The notes: generated from the letters alone by a model not told the origin. A DNA stretch of 63,936 bases, filler included, from Octopus bimaculoides (GCF_001194135.2; 4 parts of 3 records of this genome joined end to end with filler, not necessarily neighbours in it), one strand, 5' to 3'. Shown: positions 12,700-26,137, counted from the first letter of the whole stretch. Numbers and translations: made by a program.

Positions 12700-14420
12700 A
12701 TCAAGAAACCCGAAAAAAAACAATAATCAATAAAATCAGAACATTAATTCACCAACACCCAGATTCCTCCACAGGTAAGGAAATAGACTACTTATTTAAC
12801 TGTGTAATGATAGATAGCAATTTCTACGGATTACCCAAGATCCACGAAAGCTCAGAAATACAGAGAGCCACAAATGAACATAAGAACCAATACAAAAAAT
12901 TACTAAGACCCGCTGATCTCAAATTGAGACCAATAGTTGCTGGGCCTCAATTCCCAACACAGGACTAAGTCAACTTTTGGATATACTCCTTAAGCCCCTA
13001 TGCTCATTAATACTCAGCTATATTCGAGATGACATGGATTTCCTCAAATACATTCCACCCACTGTCTCAGAAGGTATTATCCTTACAAGCCTCGACGTCA
13101 ATAATCTTTATACTAATATACCTCACACTTTGGGGGTTTGGAAGCAATCAAACACTTGGTAGAAAACATAGAGGTAAGATAAGCGAGCGCTTCAAAACGA
13201 ACTTCATTACCAAGAACGCACGCCTGATACTAGAAAAGAACACAGTTAGCTTTGATTGTAAAATATATCGTCAAATAAAAAGCACAGCTATGGTAATGAA
13301 ATTTGCTATGGTGACGAAATTTGCACAGCTATGGTGACGAAATAAGGTAACCTGGTTGTGGGTTTCTTAGAAGAAAAACTGTACGAGGAAGTAGAGAAAG
13401 ATTTTAACCAAAATTTCAAGAAATATGCCATTGAAAAGTGGAAACGATTAATCTACAAATATTTGATAACCTCCTCAACACTCTTCACCCATCTTTCAAA
13501 TTGGCGAAAGAAACCACTTATAATGACCTACTATTCTAGACTTTCGTGTAAAAATACGTGACTCCACAGTCGCAACGGATATCTTTTACAAAAACAAACG
13601 GACAAGCACCAATACTTGAACTTCTACTCTTGCCATCTTTCACACATTCCATACAGTATGGCAAGTATCTGTGTAATAGTTGTTGATACAAAAATACGTC
13701 AAATTCAACTTCATAAATTCAAATGCTTCCTAAAAACAGAATTACCGCTTAAAATTATTAAGTTATGGAATTATAAATGCGATGAAGCTGGACGTCACGC
13801 AACTGAGGACACCAAAGAAAACAAATTAAAGAAAATACTATTCCATTTACCAATACACACAATCCTGGAGTAACCAAGATGTTTCACACTATAAAAAGAA
13901 TTACCAAAACTCCTACAAAGCCTCAAAAGGAAAAAATTGGTTAATGAAAAGTTTTTACGAAACAATAAACGTCATCCACAAAATCTTTAATAACATCTCA
14001 CGCGGGCAAAATTCACACCAGAGAATAATTCAGAATTCTCCATGAAAGACTGTGGAGATAACAGATGTGGAACATGTAACAACAACTTCAAATATTTAGA
14101 CAGTGGTTCCCACATAAAATTCACAAGTGGATTCTCCTTCAAAATAAATGCAGATATGAACAGACGAAACCAACAATTCCCTTTGCCAACGTGCAACTTT
14201 CCACAGACAGCATATCAAACTAAAGGAATTACACAAGATTCTACTGAGTAAGCATCTGGAAATATATGGAGACGGCAAATTCATGCTATTTCCCTTCTAC
14301 AAATGTTCAAAGGATGACCCAAAGTTCCGAAGGCAATGGAACTACTTTTTATCAAAAGATTCTTACAGAAACTAAAAGTTTTAAACAAAAGGAAGGATAA
14401 TATTCGAGAACACTCTTTGA
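12700..14420 (+). mobile_element. Degenerate Penelope-like retroelement (RT + GIY-YIG)
   Basis: Frameshifted motifs NFYGLPKIH, LKLRPIVAGP, LTSLDVNNLYTNIPH, YRQIKSTAM, the Cys motif CGDNRCGTC, and the C-terminal HRQHI...SKHL...FPFY typical of the PLE GIY-YIG region. Confidence 0.85.
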
Positions 14421-14753
14421 AATTGAACAAGTTATGGACACTATTTTACATAGTTAACTCATACAAGTACTGTACCTAGCTAACTTTCCAATAAATACGG
14501 TTGGAGTAAAATTAAGCAAATGCGAGTACTTGAAAACTCAAGTTTGACCTTCTCCAAGCGTATCATTTTTTATAAAATTAATTAACATTGGGGCGAGGCA
14601 TGATTTCATTCTAAACTGGACTTGAACTTTTTGGATTTCTTTTATAGTTTATAACCGTGGATGTACTTGCTTAAGAATCACTTTTTCAATCATCAGCTAA
14701 CATTCAAAACACCTTGATGGTATAAAATATATATGCATGCATACAGATGTGTG

Positions 14754-14796
<43 letters not shown>

Positions 14797-17562
14797 GCGC
14801 GCGCGCGTGTCTATGAGTGTGTATGTGTGTAGATACGCAATGTGTGTAACTACTTCGTCCCTACTTTCAAGTTCGTGCCTCACAGCGTTCATACACACAT
14901 AATTTTTCTCGTCTGGCCGTAAAGCCTTTTCTGTTTGTTTTCCTGTCTTGTTTTTTGTCCGCCACTACATTCCTCCATGGCAAGATTTAATTTGTGTATA
15001 CAAATTTAATTTGCCGTCCATGGGAAGNNNNNNNNNNNNNNNNNNNNNNNNNNNNNNNNNNNNNNNNNNNNNNNNNNNNNNNNNNNNNNNNNNNNNNNNN
15101 NNNNNNNNNNNNNNNNNNNNNNNNNNNNNNNNNNNNNNNNNNNNNNNNNNNNNNNNNNNNNNNNNNNNNNNNNNNNNNNNNNNNNNNNNNNNNNNNNNNN
15201 NNNNNNNNNNNNNNNNNNNNNNNNNNNNNNNNNNNNNNNNNNNNNNNNNNNNNNNNNNNNNNNNNNNNNNNNNNNNNNNNNNNNNNNNNNNNNNNNNNNN
15301 NNNNNNNNNNNNNNNNNNNNNNNNNNNNNNNNNNNNNNNNNNNNNNNNNNNNNNNNNNNNNNNNNNNNNNNNNNNNNNNNNNNNNNNNNNNNNNNNNNNN
15401 NNNNNNNNNNNNNNNNNNNNNNNNNNNNNNNNNNNNNNNNNNNNNNNNNNNNNNNNNNNNNNNNNNNNNNNNNNNNNNNNNNNNNNNNNNNNNNNNNNNN
15501 NNNNNNNNNNNNNNNNNNNNNNNNNNNNNNNNNNNNNNNNNNNNNNNNNNNNNNNNNNNNNNNNNNNNNNNNNNNNNNNNNNNNNNNNNNNNNNNNNNNN
15601 NNNNNNNNNNNNNNNNNNNNNNNNNNNNNNNNNNNNNNNNNNNNNNNNNNNNNNNNNNNNNNNNNNNNNNNNNNNNNNNNNNNNNNNNNNNNNNNNNNNN
15701 NNNNNNNNNNNNNNNNNNNNNNNNNNNNNNNNNNNNNNNNNNNNNNNNNNNNNNNNNNNNNNNNNNNNNNNNNNNNNNNNNNNNNNNNNNNNNNNNNNNN
15801 NNNNNNNNNNNNNNNNNNNNNNNNNNNNNNNNNNNNNNNNNNNNNNNNNNNNNNNNNNNNNNNNNNNNNNNNNNNNNNNNNNNNNNNNNNNNNNNNNNNN
15901 NNNNNNNNNNNNNNNNNNNNNNNNNNNNNNNNNNNNNNNNNNNNNNNNNNNNNNNNNNNNNNNNNNNNNNNNNNNNNNNNNNNNNNNAACTTCAAATGTC
16001 ATTAACATCAGCCACTTTTGAAAAACCTACAAACCACAGACCATCATCAAATATAACAATTAAAGCCATCTTACAGAAGAAAAAACAAAGAAGACCCTCC
16101 TTTCTCTTTCTTTCTTCTTCCTTTCTCTCTTTCTCTTTTCTCTTTTCTGTCCCTCTTTCTATCTTCCTCTCTTTATTTCTCTCCTCAATTCTTTCATCTT
16201 TTCTATTTATACATACATATAGATAACAAAAAAAAAAAACATCCTATTCCAGATTTATATAAAAAGCAACGAAATTTTTTGTAAAACTTATATCTGAGGA
16301 GTTTCGATGAATGAGATGAAAAGTACTAATAAACAATTACCCAAAATTCGGACTATTTCGTTTTTTCTTCATACATAAAATTTATACAACACTTCAAACA
16401 ATCTACATATATATATACATACATTTAAAAATACACTTCAAAAGAAAATTTGAGGAATTATACGTTTATGTAGTCGCATAGTGCATCCTTAGTTTTGGCA
16501 TATAACCGGTCAGAACGTTACCATTAGTTTCACGTCTACTATTAAACCTGGCAATATTCACGACTCATCAGACAGGAAGCACATGGCCTCTGATAAAGCA
16601 CGTTCACTGGCTTATTGTTCGTTGGGCATTTGATTAGTGAGAGAGACGGAATACAATAATAAGGCTTGCACAACCATACAATATCCTTTCCGGGAGATGC
16701 AAACTATGGCTCTGAGGAATCGTTGTCCATTTTGTGAACAAGCGCATTGATAGGATTTCTGAAAGACTATCAAGATGCTTGCATGCTACTAAATGTACTT
16801 TCACACAATACAGTGGGCGTGAATTAGAGGAATCTTTGACTAAATTAATAACCACACTTTACCTAAATCTATGGCTGAATAACCACAACCTCTCCATTCT
16901 TATAAACACAATGCCACACTGGTTACTAACATCACTGGGATACTCCTTTGCCATTGTATACCGCTTAAAGTGAGAAAAATACCAACTTGAGTCTCTCAAT
17001 ATATATCCCTCATCGTCGGATGAAAACGCAAAATTATATGCCCATCTACACTGGTGATCCTTACCCAGGCATTGATGCTTTCTACAGGCTATCGCTTGTT
17101 TATTAGACATTTAAAAAAATAGAAATCTACATCGTCAGTATTTATGTCCATATTCATGACTGTACAACTGCTATAAATATACCAACCAAACCCAGTGAAC
17201 CGCGTAACAAAAATCTGTGACTCCTCACCAACTAGAGTCGTATCACTAGCCAGTAGTAGGCACTGACTTTATTAATATCTACTCAATTCTGTGTGCGAGT
17301 GTATGTGTGCCAAACAACACGTTTATATGTGCTTGTATGTGCGTGTGCATTTGTACGAGCGAGTGCATTTGTACGAGCGAGTGCACGTGCGCCAGACCAC
17401 GTATGTGTGGGCGTTTGTACTTCCATAGCTACTAACGGTTATATCTAATACTCGTTTTCGTTGTATTGTGTATTTGTTTCATTTTGGTATCTGATATTTG
17501 TTTTGGATCTTCTATTAGAATGAAGTTGTGTATCTTAATTTGCCACTTCTATATATATGAAG

Positions 17563-17786
17563 GTGGAGGCGCGTGGCTTAGTGATTAGGGTGTCGGCATC
17601 ATGATCGTAAGATTGTGGTTTCGATTCCTGGACCGGGCGACGCGTTGTGTTCTTGAGCAAAACACTTCATTTCACGTTGCTCCAGTCCACTCAACTGGCA
17701 AAAATGAGTAACGTTGCGATCGACTGGCGTCCCGTCCAGCTAGAGAACACATACGCCATTGAAACCGGGAAACCGGGCCCATGGGT
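17563..17786 (+). mobile_element. tRNA-derived SINE family 3 (CORE/Meta-like central block)
   Basis: tRNA-like head, then TTGTGTTCTTGAGCAAAACACTTCATTTCACGTTGCTCCAGTCCACTCA. Related copies: 24410-24669(-), 32655-32900(+), 48335-48636(+), 59065-59270(-). Confidence 0.75.
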
Positions 17787-18304
17787 GCATTTATTTGTGG
17801 AGGCATATTAATATTAATATTGAGGCATATTAATATTGATAATAATGATGAATGACCTCATTTATCATCATAAGAAAACGGTCAAGATGAGGTGAAGAAA
17901 TCTACCTAACTTTATCATTTAGTGTACCAACTTTAGATACACAACTATATTCAGTACCAGAAATGCTACAATGGTTTCAAGTTCATTCTGTTGCTGTAGT
18001 ATATATTCAATTCTTATTACTTGGGAATACAAATTACATAGTAGGACCAAAATTCAAATCACCTTCGAGAGTAAACGAAGCCAGAGACAATAATATAACA
18101 TCATAATCAAAATGGAGAGATTATGGTAGCTTGCGACTCACTAAAAGTAACAAGAGAACAATACAATTGATTCGTGCAGCGTTCGAAAGATTTAACCCAA
18201 AGGCCTTAGAAAAATGGAATTTTTAACCTTCTAGAATTAGTTTTTTAAGCCAGCTTTTTAGTGAAATTTTGTAATTTGACAAAAAACGTTTCAAAAACAA
18301 AGTT

Positions 18305-18310
18305 TTTATT
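18305..18310 (-). terminator. Putative polyadenylation signal AATAAA of the C19orf81-like gene
   Basis: TTTATT on the + strand about 40 nt downstream of the stop codon. AT-rich context makes a chance match possible. Confidence 0.4.
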
Positions 18311-18350
18311 AAAGATCATTCGTAATTTGATTTCACTCACCGTTCTATAT

Positions 18351-18951
18351 TCACGTGACTTTTATTTTAAACTTTATTCTCTTGTTCTTTAGTTTCTTTG
18401 CTTGTTTCGTGCGTTCATCTTTTGATTTCGCAATCATAGCTTTCGCCTCCTTCACATATTGGTGGAGTTTATAAGCGTTGTGCTCCTCTAACATTACAGC
18501 ATCGAACGGTTTTACTGTGATTCGATCACTTCCTGCAATAGTTACACCACCTTTTACTAATGACTGGAAGTCTTCATTGTTACTTACACAAACAACCCAT
18601 CTATTTTTCGTATGAGAGTTACCAACAGCCACTGATACGGGGTCGAATCGAAGGCTGAGTAGCATAACCTCGGGGTACTGAGATTCTAATTCACGTTTAA
18701 TATCTTCATGAGTTATCTGAAGGTCAGAGTCACAAGCAAAACAAATGGTCAACGGCTGAGACTCTGGAAGCGTCTTACGCATACAGATTGTCGGAGGTTT
18801 CGTCTTTTTACTACGCAGCTTCGACTTTATATCAGCTACAAGTTTTTCTACTTTCTCTTGTTCGATACCATTCTCATCGTACCACATTAGTTGTTTTTTA
18901 ATTTCTTCTTCACTTACAGAAAGTCCGGTTGCAATTTTCACTTGCAAGCAT
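18351..18951 (-). CDS. C19orf81: Terminal exon (3 of 3) of a C19orf81/DUF4732-like gene
   Basis: Stop-free non-repetitive frame. Pyrimidine-rich acceptor tttattttttAG at 18953-18952 (phase 2); stop at 18353-18351. The peptide P.SQPLTIC...THEDIKRELESQYP...SLRFDPVSVAVG...NRWVVCV matches, from memory, human C19orf81 (P.SQPLCLC...TH....LEAQLP...SIRF....V.CG...NRWLIAV). Not database-checked. Confidence 0.72.
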
Positions 18952-19758
18952 CTAAAAAATAAAAAGAGGAATACCAATATAAACGCAATATGGAGGTATT
19001 CAGCATTCATTAATTTAACATGGCACTTAACTTTCACGAAGTTATCCAAGATGAAGTTACTTTAATAATTTGTATATTTATGAAACCGGGTAACATGAGT
19101 TTGCGTATTTACTACGCCAAGATTTTTTACTCCCAACGTAGGGGACGTAGGCAGAAACCCTTCATGATATTTATTTTGTTTGTGCCGTTCTGATGTTTAT
19201 GCTTTTTCATGGTAAGTAGCATATTAAGTGAAGAGAGTTGATGTCAACTTACTTGACTTAAGATAGAATCAAAAATTACAAGTTTAGGAATCCTTTAATA
19301 AAAGCTTTTAAAAGATCAGTTAATTTTTAAACACTACCAGTTGATACCTGCCTTCCATTAAAATATAACCTACTTACACCTTGCTTTTAAAACCACAATT
19401 AAAGAAGTATCAAGAAATGAAGCATACTCTCTTCGTTATTGTGTATATATCTTCAGATATATACTGATTTCTTTCTTCGATATCAAACGTCAGATATATT
19501 TGAAAAAAAAAATTGGAATGCCGTGACATTAACTTCAATCTCAAAAGGTAAATAGCGACGGGGGTGAGGCCAAAATTTGGGAATGATAAATTAGTCACGG
19601 TATCTTGTGTGATTCATCATAATTTTGGTGTTTATTTGACTAAACATGAAAGCCTTATGTTTCGAGAAATACGTATTAAGACGCTGAGTAATATGCGACT
19701 CATATAAGAACATTAGTTATTGTGTAATGAAGAAAATGTAAGACTGGAATGAACAAAC

Positions 19759-20332
19759 CTTGCACCAACTTTGTTTCCATTTAAAGAATAAGTCTTTTCG
19801 GAAATTATATTATTTTCAGCATCATCTCTACATGAAATCGGAATTATTGATTCGTTGGAGGTAAAATCTTTCGCTATCGTCTGTTTTTCATCTTTATTAT
19901 CGGAACTCCAAGTTCCGTAAGGTCGAAAACCAAGACTACGCAAGCGCTGGATTAAACTATTAGTATTTTCTTCATAAGAAGAGAGAGAATCAATTGAAGA
20001 CTGTTGATAATTGTCTGTATTTAGAGACATCACTGTCATATTATTGTGCAGAGCATTCAGTGACTGTAATGGCTTGTGAAATTGTTGAGATTTGCGAATT
20101 TCAAGAACAGGTTTTACTACTTCTACGGGATTTTGATCACTTGTCAAGTTCATTTGACTTTGATTGTAAGAACGTTGTGCATAGAATGAATTCTCAGTAA
20201 AGGATCGCGGCAGACGGGAAAAATATCGACCAGCGGTGAAATAATGGAGTTGAGCTGTCTTTGGCATCAAATAAATTAGATTTTTATCATCTGTCCTGGA
20301 GCAACAAAGTTTTGGATCAAATATGTTTCTGC
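19759..20332 (-). CDS. Internal exon (2 of 3) of the C19orf81-like gene, S/N/Q-rich
   Basis: Acceptor tctttttcAG at 20334-20333 (phase 1). The frame is open throughout. Donor AG|GTTTGT after 19759 is phase 2, matching exon 3 (AG+A = Arg). Confidence 0.62.
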
Positions 20333-20621
20333 CTGAAAAAGAATATTCAAGTTTTTCATCAATAATTCTTTAATATGAGATCAAAACTAAACAATACAGC
20401 TCTTTATATAGTTGTATAATCTTAAATTATCAAAATCCATCAAAAACATAAAGTTTACTCTGTAATCAAACACAAGACTAATTGTTTAAACGAAGCGAAG
20501 AGTTAAAAAAATCAATTCTAGTATATTATTGGTACGTGTGTTATCAATACTGAAAGGATGAAAGGAAAAGTTGATCTTGCAATATATAGAATCAGAACAC
20601 AGAGGGACAGATTTAAATAAT

Positions 20622-20747
20622 CTTTTCTACTCCAGGCACAAGGCCAGAAATTTTGGGGTAAGAGGCCAGTCGATTAGATCGACCCAGTACGCAACTGGTA
20701 CTTAATTTATCGACCCCGAAAGGCTGAAAGGCAAAGTCGACCTCGGA
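20622..20747 (-). mobile_element. 5'-truncated SINE family 1 nested in an older SINE
   Basis: 15-bp TSD ACAGATTTAAATAAT (20607-20621 / 20748-20762). Flanks rejoin into a degenerate SINE. Confidence 0.85.
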
Positions 20748-22771
20748 ACAGATTTAAATAATGTAAAATATTTAATCCAATGCTGGACCGTTTCTGCCAA
20801 CTTACTGCAGTTCTTCAGATATGTACTGATTTCTTTCTTCGATATCAAAAGTCAGATATATTTGAAAAAAAATTGGACTGCCGTAATATTAACTTCAATC
20901 TCAAAAGGTAAATAGCGACGGAGGTGAGGCCAAAATTTGGGAATGATAAATTAGTCACGGTATCTTGTGTGATTCATCATAATGTTGGTGTTTATTTGAC
21001 TAAACATGAAAGCCTTATGTTTCGAGAAATACGTATTAAGACACTATGTAATATGCGACTCATATAAGAGCATTAGTTGTGCATGGTCGTAGATATGGAT
21101 GTATGGCTAAGGTGCTTGGTTTGCGACCACATTGTCCAGGATTCAATTCCACTGCACAGCATCCCAAACAAGTGTCTTTTACCATAAACTCAAGATAGCC
21201 AGTGCCTTGTGGGTGGAATTTGGTAGATGGAAACTGTGCGGAAACTTGATATCGTGTGTGTATGTCTCTTATCCAAAGTGTATTGGTGAAAGATGTAAAA
21301 GAGGCGAGAAAACACGAAAACCCATGTTTTCCTATAAAAAAGTATTTATTCTGTCCGAGCTGTACAGACTATTCTTTTTCACCATCGCCGTAAGAAATAT
21401 AATGAATCAGTGAGTGACCAGCTGAGAACCTGTAACAGTGACATTACTATTGTTCATTAATACTAAACGGTGGGAATGAGTTGCATGAATGTGTGTGCCG
21501 AACAGGCAAAGAGCGAGAAAAATGTCTCTTTTTCTGAAAGGTAATCTTTACACTCATTTTCACTTTAAATAAGTACAAAAACAATAGTAATTGTTAGTGT
21601 CTCGCACAATAAAATTCGCAATCTCATAATCAAAAAGTGCTGTTAAATATTCACTTTCTTTTGATGATGGCCGTGTTCTTATAAAATTTTTGAAACTTCA
21701 ATTGGTGATGTCTTCTGTTTAAGGGTTAAAAACCATTCTAGAAGGATAAGAGGTAAAGTTGATTCAGCAGGATTTGGTCTCAGAATATAAAGAGACGTGA
21801 CTAATTACCACATGATATTTTGCTCGCCACTCCACCGCAAAGAACCCACACCTCTAATTCTACGTTATAATTCTATATAAGATCTTTAGTCTTATTTAAT
21901 TTAGCAAGTGTATAACTTGTAGAAAGAAAATATAGATCCTGCATGTACAACGCTAAATATACTTTTTTTTATAGAGTTAACCTAATTTGTAAACATCGAT
22001 ATGTGGTTGAAAAATAGCAAGGAACAGCTGTTGGTAATCGAACATATACATTTTTTGTTTGCTGCGCAAACGTCGTCATTTATACATTATACAGTTGCAC
22101 CTTTCTTCTCTCAAGCCGAAATACGAATGGTTCTGTGCCATATTAAACTGTCAATTAAACACATTAATCACGTCTTGTTTGTTTTCTCAGGAATTCGCCA
22201 CGAATGTAGTTATGCAGTGATAAACTTCTTTCACGTTTGTCTGACATTACAATGTTTCCCAAAGTGATCCGATGTATAAACGGACGTTAACTACGAAGAT
22301 GAATGAGTTATATACAAACGGCTGAGACTCCAAGTATTTTATTCCTCTATTCGTTTCAATTTCATGACTGCAGAAAGGTTCATACGAAGAGCTTCTGCAA
22401 AGTTTCCACCTGCCAAATTCCACTCAAGCACATCAGTCAAGAATATATTTTTAGCTATACTCTAAAATACTTAGGTAACTTGTAACCCATAGAGAGAACA
22501 TATGAGTCTAGCAAGTGCGACGCTAATTATATAGTCTGATATAGAATTAATGTTATTTCAAGTTCTTTTCTGTATCAAACTGATGCTTGTGTGTAAATCA
22601 GTAGATGAACTACAGATTCTATTTCGGCTCAAATTGTTTTCACAGTTAGAATATGTTCTATACAACCTTGAAATTTTTCAAAAGTGAACAAGAATGCTGG
22701 ATTGTTATCGAGCAACTTCTTTTAGCAAATTGTTTTTTATTGTCTACATATATTAAGAAGTTTTCACTTAC

Positions 22772-23270
22772 CTAATGAAAGATCAATAGAAATTTGGTTC
22801 CCAAAAATGCTAATGAAAAGTCCATTGTAGATGACAAAAACACGCCTTTGCAGAACATAAATATTAGCTCTTTCAACTTTACCTTTAGATATCTCCAACT
22901 TACCTGACAAAGAGCTTGTGTTACTGATTCGCAATGATGCTTTTGTCGGGTCATGTTTCTGAATAGCAGTCGAGGGCTCACGCTGATACAAGAACTCTAA
23001 AGAAGAATATAAAGAAGTTTTGGAGGGTTGCGTATTATCAGCCGAGCAAGTAGAGTTGCATTTGGTGCGACCAAAATATTCTGATTTGGAGGGTGATAAC
23101 CGATGATGGCAATATAGAGAACTCTCTGCAGAAGAATTCAGTGGCTGGTTTGTGTGGTTAGAATTTCTCCTTACAGACGACTGGAACTGATTGATCTCGG
23201 GTATATGTTGATTTAAAGGATTCGGACTGTCTACATTGAGTAGAATTAATGCTTGGCTTGAGGTGGGCAT
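22772..23270 (-). CDS. Exon 1 of 3 (first coding exon seen) of the C19orf81-like gene, S/N/Q/T-rich
   Basis: 180-codon open frame ending at a strong donor G|GTAAGT (exon end 22772, phase 1, matching exon 2: G+GC = Gly). Starts at ATG 23270, which follows a pyrimidine tract and cAG; an alternative in-frame ATG is at 23282. Confidence 0.62.
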
Positions 23271-23314
23271 CTGTTGAGACATAATGTAAGAAAACAAAAT
23301 GGGCAATCAGATAC

Positions 23315-23440
23315 TTTCAAATTTTGGCACAAGGTCAGTAATTTCAGGGGTGGGGGTAAGTCGATTACATCGGCCCCAGTGCTCAGCTGGTACTTATTTT
23401 ATCGACCTCAAAATGGTAAAAGGCAAAGTCGACCTCGATG
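23315..23440 (-). mobile_element. SINE family 1, 3' half, just upstream of exon 1
   Basis: Similarity to 12038-12251. Confidence 0.7.
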
Positions 23441-24241
23441 TGAGAAAATTATATTACCACAGATACGGTGTTGTAGTTTAATGTATTTGACAACAGTGAA
23501 AGAAACTGGTTATAACTAAATAACTTGATAAAAAAATGAATTTCAGTACCTTGTCATATGTATGGTAAACAGTGAAAATCGGAACAATGACAAGCATATT
23601 ATTTATTCTTAATACATTACGGCAGATTCAAACACGAATATGCTACTCGAAACAAAACAGCGATTAGCATTTTTGCATTCGAATCTGTCAGAACATATAA
23701 ATATGGAAGTCATCGTTTTGATAGTCGCTGTTCACCGTGAATATGACGATTTATTATTGGTTAGCAGATAACAGCACGGATCAACAAATAACTTGTTTGC
23801 CACTAAAGAAGAGCAATATATATAAGTCATCGAAAAATATTTTAATGTGTAAGAATAGCATAATAGATTATATTTATTTTAATGTTGGTTTAGGTATTGA
23901 TGTTTAACTGGCAGTCAAATTGACTGAAATTGATGTGTGTGTATATGTGTATGTATAGATAGATAGATTGATTGATTGATAGACCGACTGACAGATGCAT
24001 AGAATTTGTGTGCCTTTGGTCGGCCTGGGGTTCTAGTAGAAGATACTTGCCAAAAATGCCACGCTGTAGAACTGTACTAGAAACCACGTGGTTGTGAAAC
24101 AAACTTCTTACATCACAGCCAACAAACATGTCTGCGTCTATGTATGAATACTTTTGCCAAGAAAACTTATGAAACAATATACTGTATAAAGAAAATAGTT
24201 CCTGTGCTTAGGGATTCTAAACTACTACAACTACTACTACG

Positions 24242-24284
<43 letters not shown>

Positions 24285-24299
24285 GTAGTAGTAGTAGTC

Positions 24300-24343
<44 letters not shown>

Positions 24344-24717
24344 TGTTGTTGTTGTTTAGCTTGAATGGGTTAAAGTATTATCAAAGTACAATTATCTATT
24401 TTAAAGTGACCACGTGACTGATCATACTAACAGACGTTGTTGATCATTGCTGGCCTCAATGTGCTTTGCATTGTTTTAGCCTTCGAATGGTGCCACCCTG
24501 GTGGCTAGGTGAGCAGGCCAGCATTCCCTTCCGATAAAAAGGGGGACTGGAGCAACGTGAAATGAAGTGTTTTGTTCAAGAGCACAACGCGGCGCCCGGT
24601 CTGTGAATCGAACCCACAGTCTAGCGATCATGAGTGCAACACCCTAACCTCTAGGGCATGCGCCTTCACGCTATTTTAAAATATACTTATCAAACCACAC
24701 AAATGGGATAAGGAAAT

Positions 24718-25092
24718 TGTTGTTGGCACTCTGTCGCTTACGACGTCGAGGGTTCCAGTTGATCCGATCAACAGAACAGCCTGCTCGTGAAATTAACGTG
24801 CAAGTGGCTGAGTACTCCGCAGACACGTGTACTCTTAACGTAGTTCTCGGGGGAGATTCAGCGTGACACAGAGTGTGACAAGGCTGGCCCTTTGAAATAC
24901 AGGTACAACAGAAATAGGAAGAAAGAGTGAGAGAAAGTTGTGGTGAAAAAGTACAGCAGGGTTCGTCACCATCCCCTGCCGGCGCCTTGTGGAACTTTAG
25001 GTGTTTTTCGCTCAATAAACACTCACAACGCCCGGTCTGGGAATCGAAACCGCGAGTCCGCTGCCCTAACCACTGGGCCATTGCGCCTCCAC
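24718..25092 (-). mobile_element. tRNA-derived SINE family 2 (~380 bp, ACA tail)
   Basis: Head GTGGAGGCGCAATGGCCCAGTGGTTAGGG, B-box GGTTTCGATTCC, 13-bp TSD GGGATAAGGAAAT (24705-24717 / 25093-25105). Confidence 0.88.
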
Positions 25093-25337
25093 GGGATAAG
25101 GAAATATAACGTTAATAACAGACATGTTAAACAAAGAGTGGTGACGATGGTAAAAAAAGTGGGTAAGGAAAATTTTTAGCTATACAAGGTGAAAAGAAAG
25201 AATTTCTAGATGTATTGTGTTAGTGCCTCTTATAATATAGAAACATTTCTCATGGCACCAACAAACAAAATGGAAAAGGTGGTACCCCAGAGGACAGCGA
25301 GGGAGATGAAGGAAGTTGTTGTAATTTAGTGACAATG

Positions 25338-25553
25338 TAAAGGCGGCGGATTGGCAGAACCGTTTGCACACCGGACAAAATGCGTAGTGGAATTTCTTCC
25401 GGGTTTTTACGTTCTGAGTTGAAATGTCTCTCAGGTCAGCTATGCCATTCATCCTTTCGGGATCGATAAAATAAGTACCAGCTGAGCACTGGGGTTGATG
25501 TAGTCGACTAGCCTCCTCCCGCAACTTCTCAGGCCTTGTGCCTATAGTAGGAA
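25338..25553 (+). mobile_element. SINE family 1
   Basis: Similarity to 12038-12251. Confidence 0.75.
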
Positions 25554-26137
25554 AAAAAAATTTGTTGCGAGGTCAAGGACATTTGAGTGGAGCGAATTAT
25601 TTTTTTTATCGTGAAATATGAATAATGATTCCTTTTATAAGTAACTTGTGGCCTACGTGCAATTTTGCAGAAAATTGTAGCAACATTTCTATCTGCAAAT
25701 ACAACATATGTCCTTTTAATTCCTCAAAACATTTGTCGTCGTTTCAAAGCAAACATCACGCTTCCTTTAAGATATTGTATTCAATACACAGACTATTTTA
25801 TAAAAACCATTTCAGTTCATTTTTATTGCTGTTTGTGAATGAAATTGTTATTTGTTTGCTTTTCACTTATGTTTCAACGTTTTGTATGAGTGAATAGTCG
25901 ACAAACAGGCTTATCTCCAAATGACTATTCAGTTAGTATAAAAACTACCTTGATACACGAAGTGTTCATATACATACATACATACATACATACATACATA
26001 CATACATACATACATACATACATAGTCCATATGTGTGTGTATATAATGTTTGTTTTTATAAGTTTTCAAATGCCCTTCAACTTAGGCAAGTATTTCCAAC
26101 TATAGACCGGCACTAACTAATGATTTATGAGTTAAAA

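Larger units (their letters stand above)
19450..21078 (+). repeat. ~268-bp direct repeat pair (19450-19718 and 20812-21078) flanking exon 2
   Basis: Direct alignment by eye, about 95% identical. Confidence 0.92.

Noticed and set aside
17563-17640. tRNA genes at SINE heads
   Set aside because: A/B-box-like sequence continues into SINE bodies and lacks a complete cloverleaf.
18952-19049. Hydrophobic N-terminus (HIAFILVFLFLFF) of the 232-aa ORF as a signal peptide or TM helix
   Set aside because: It is the translated polypyrimidine tract of the intron upstream of the exon-3 acceptor.
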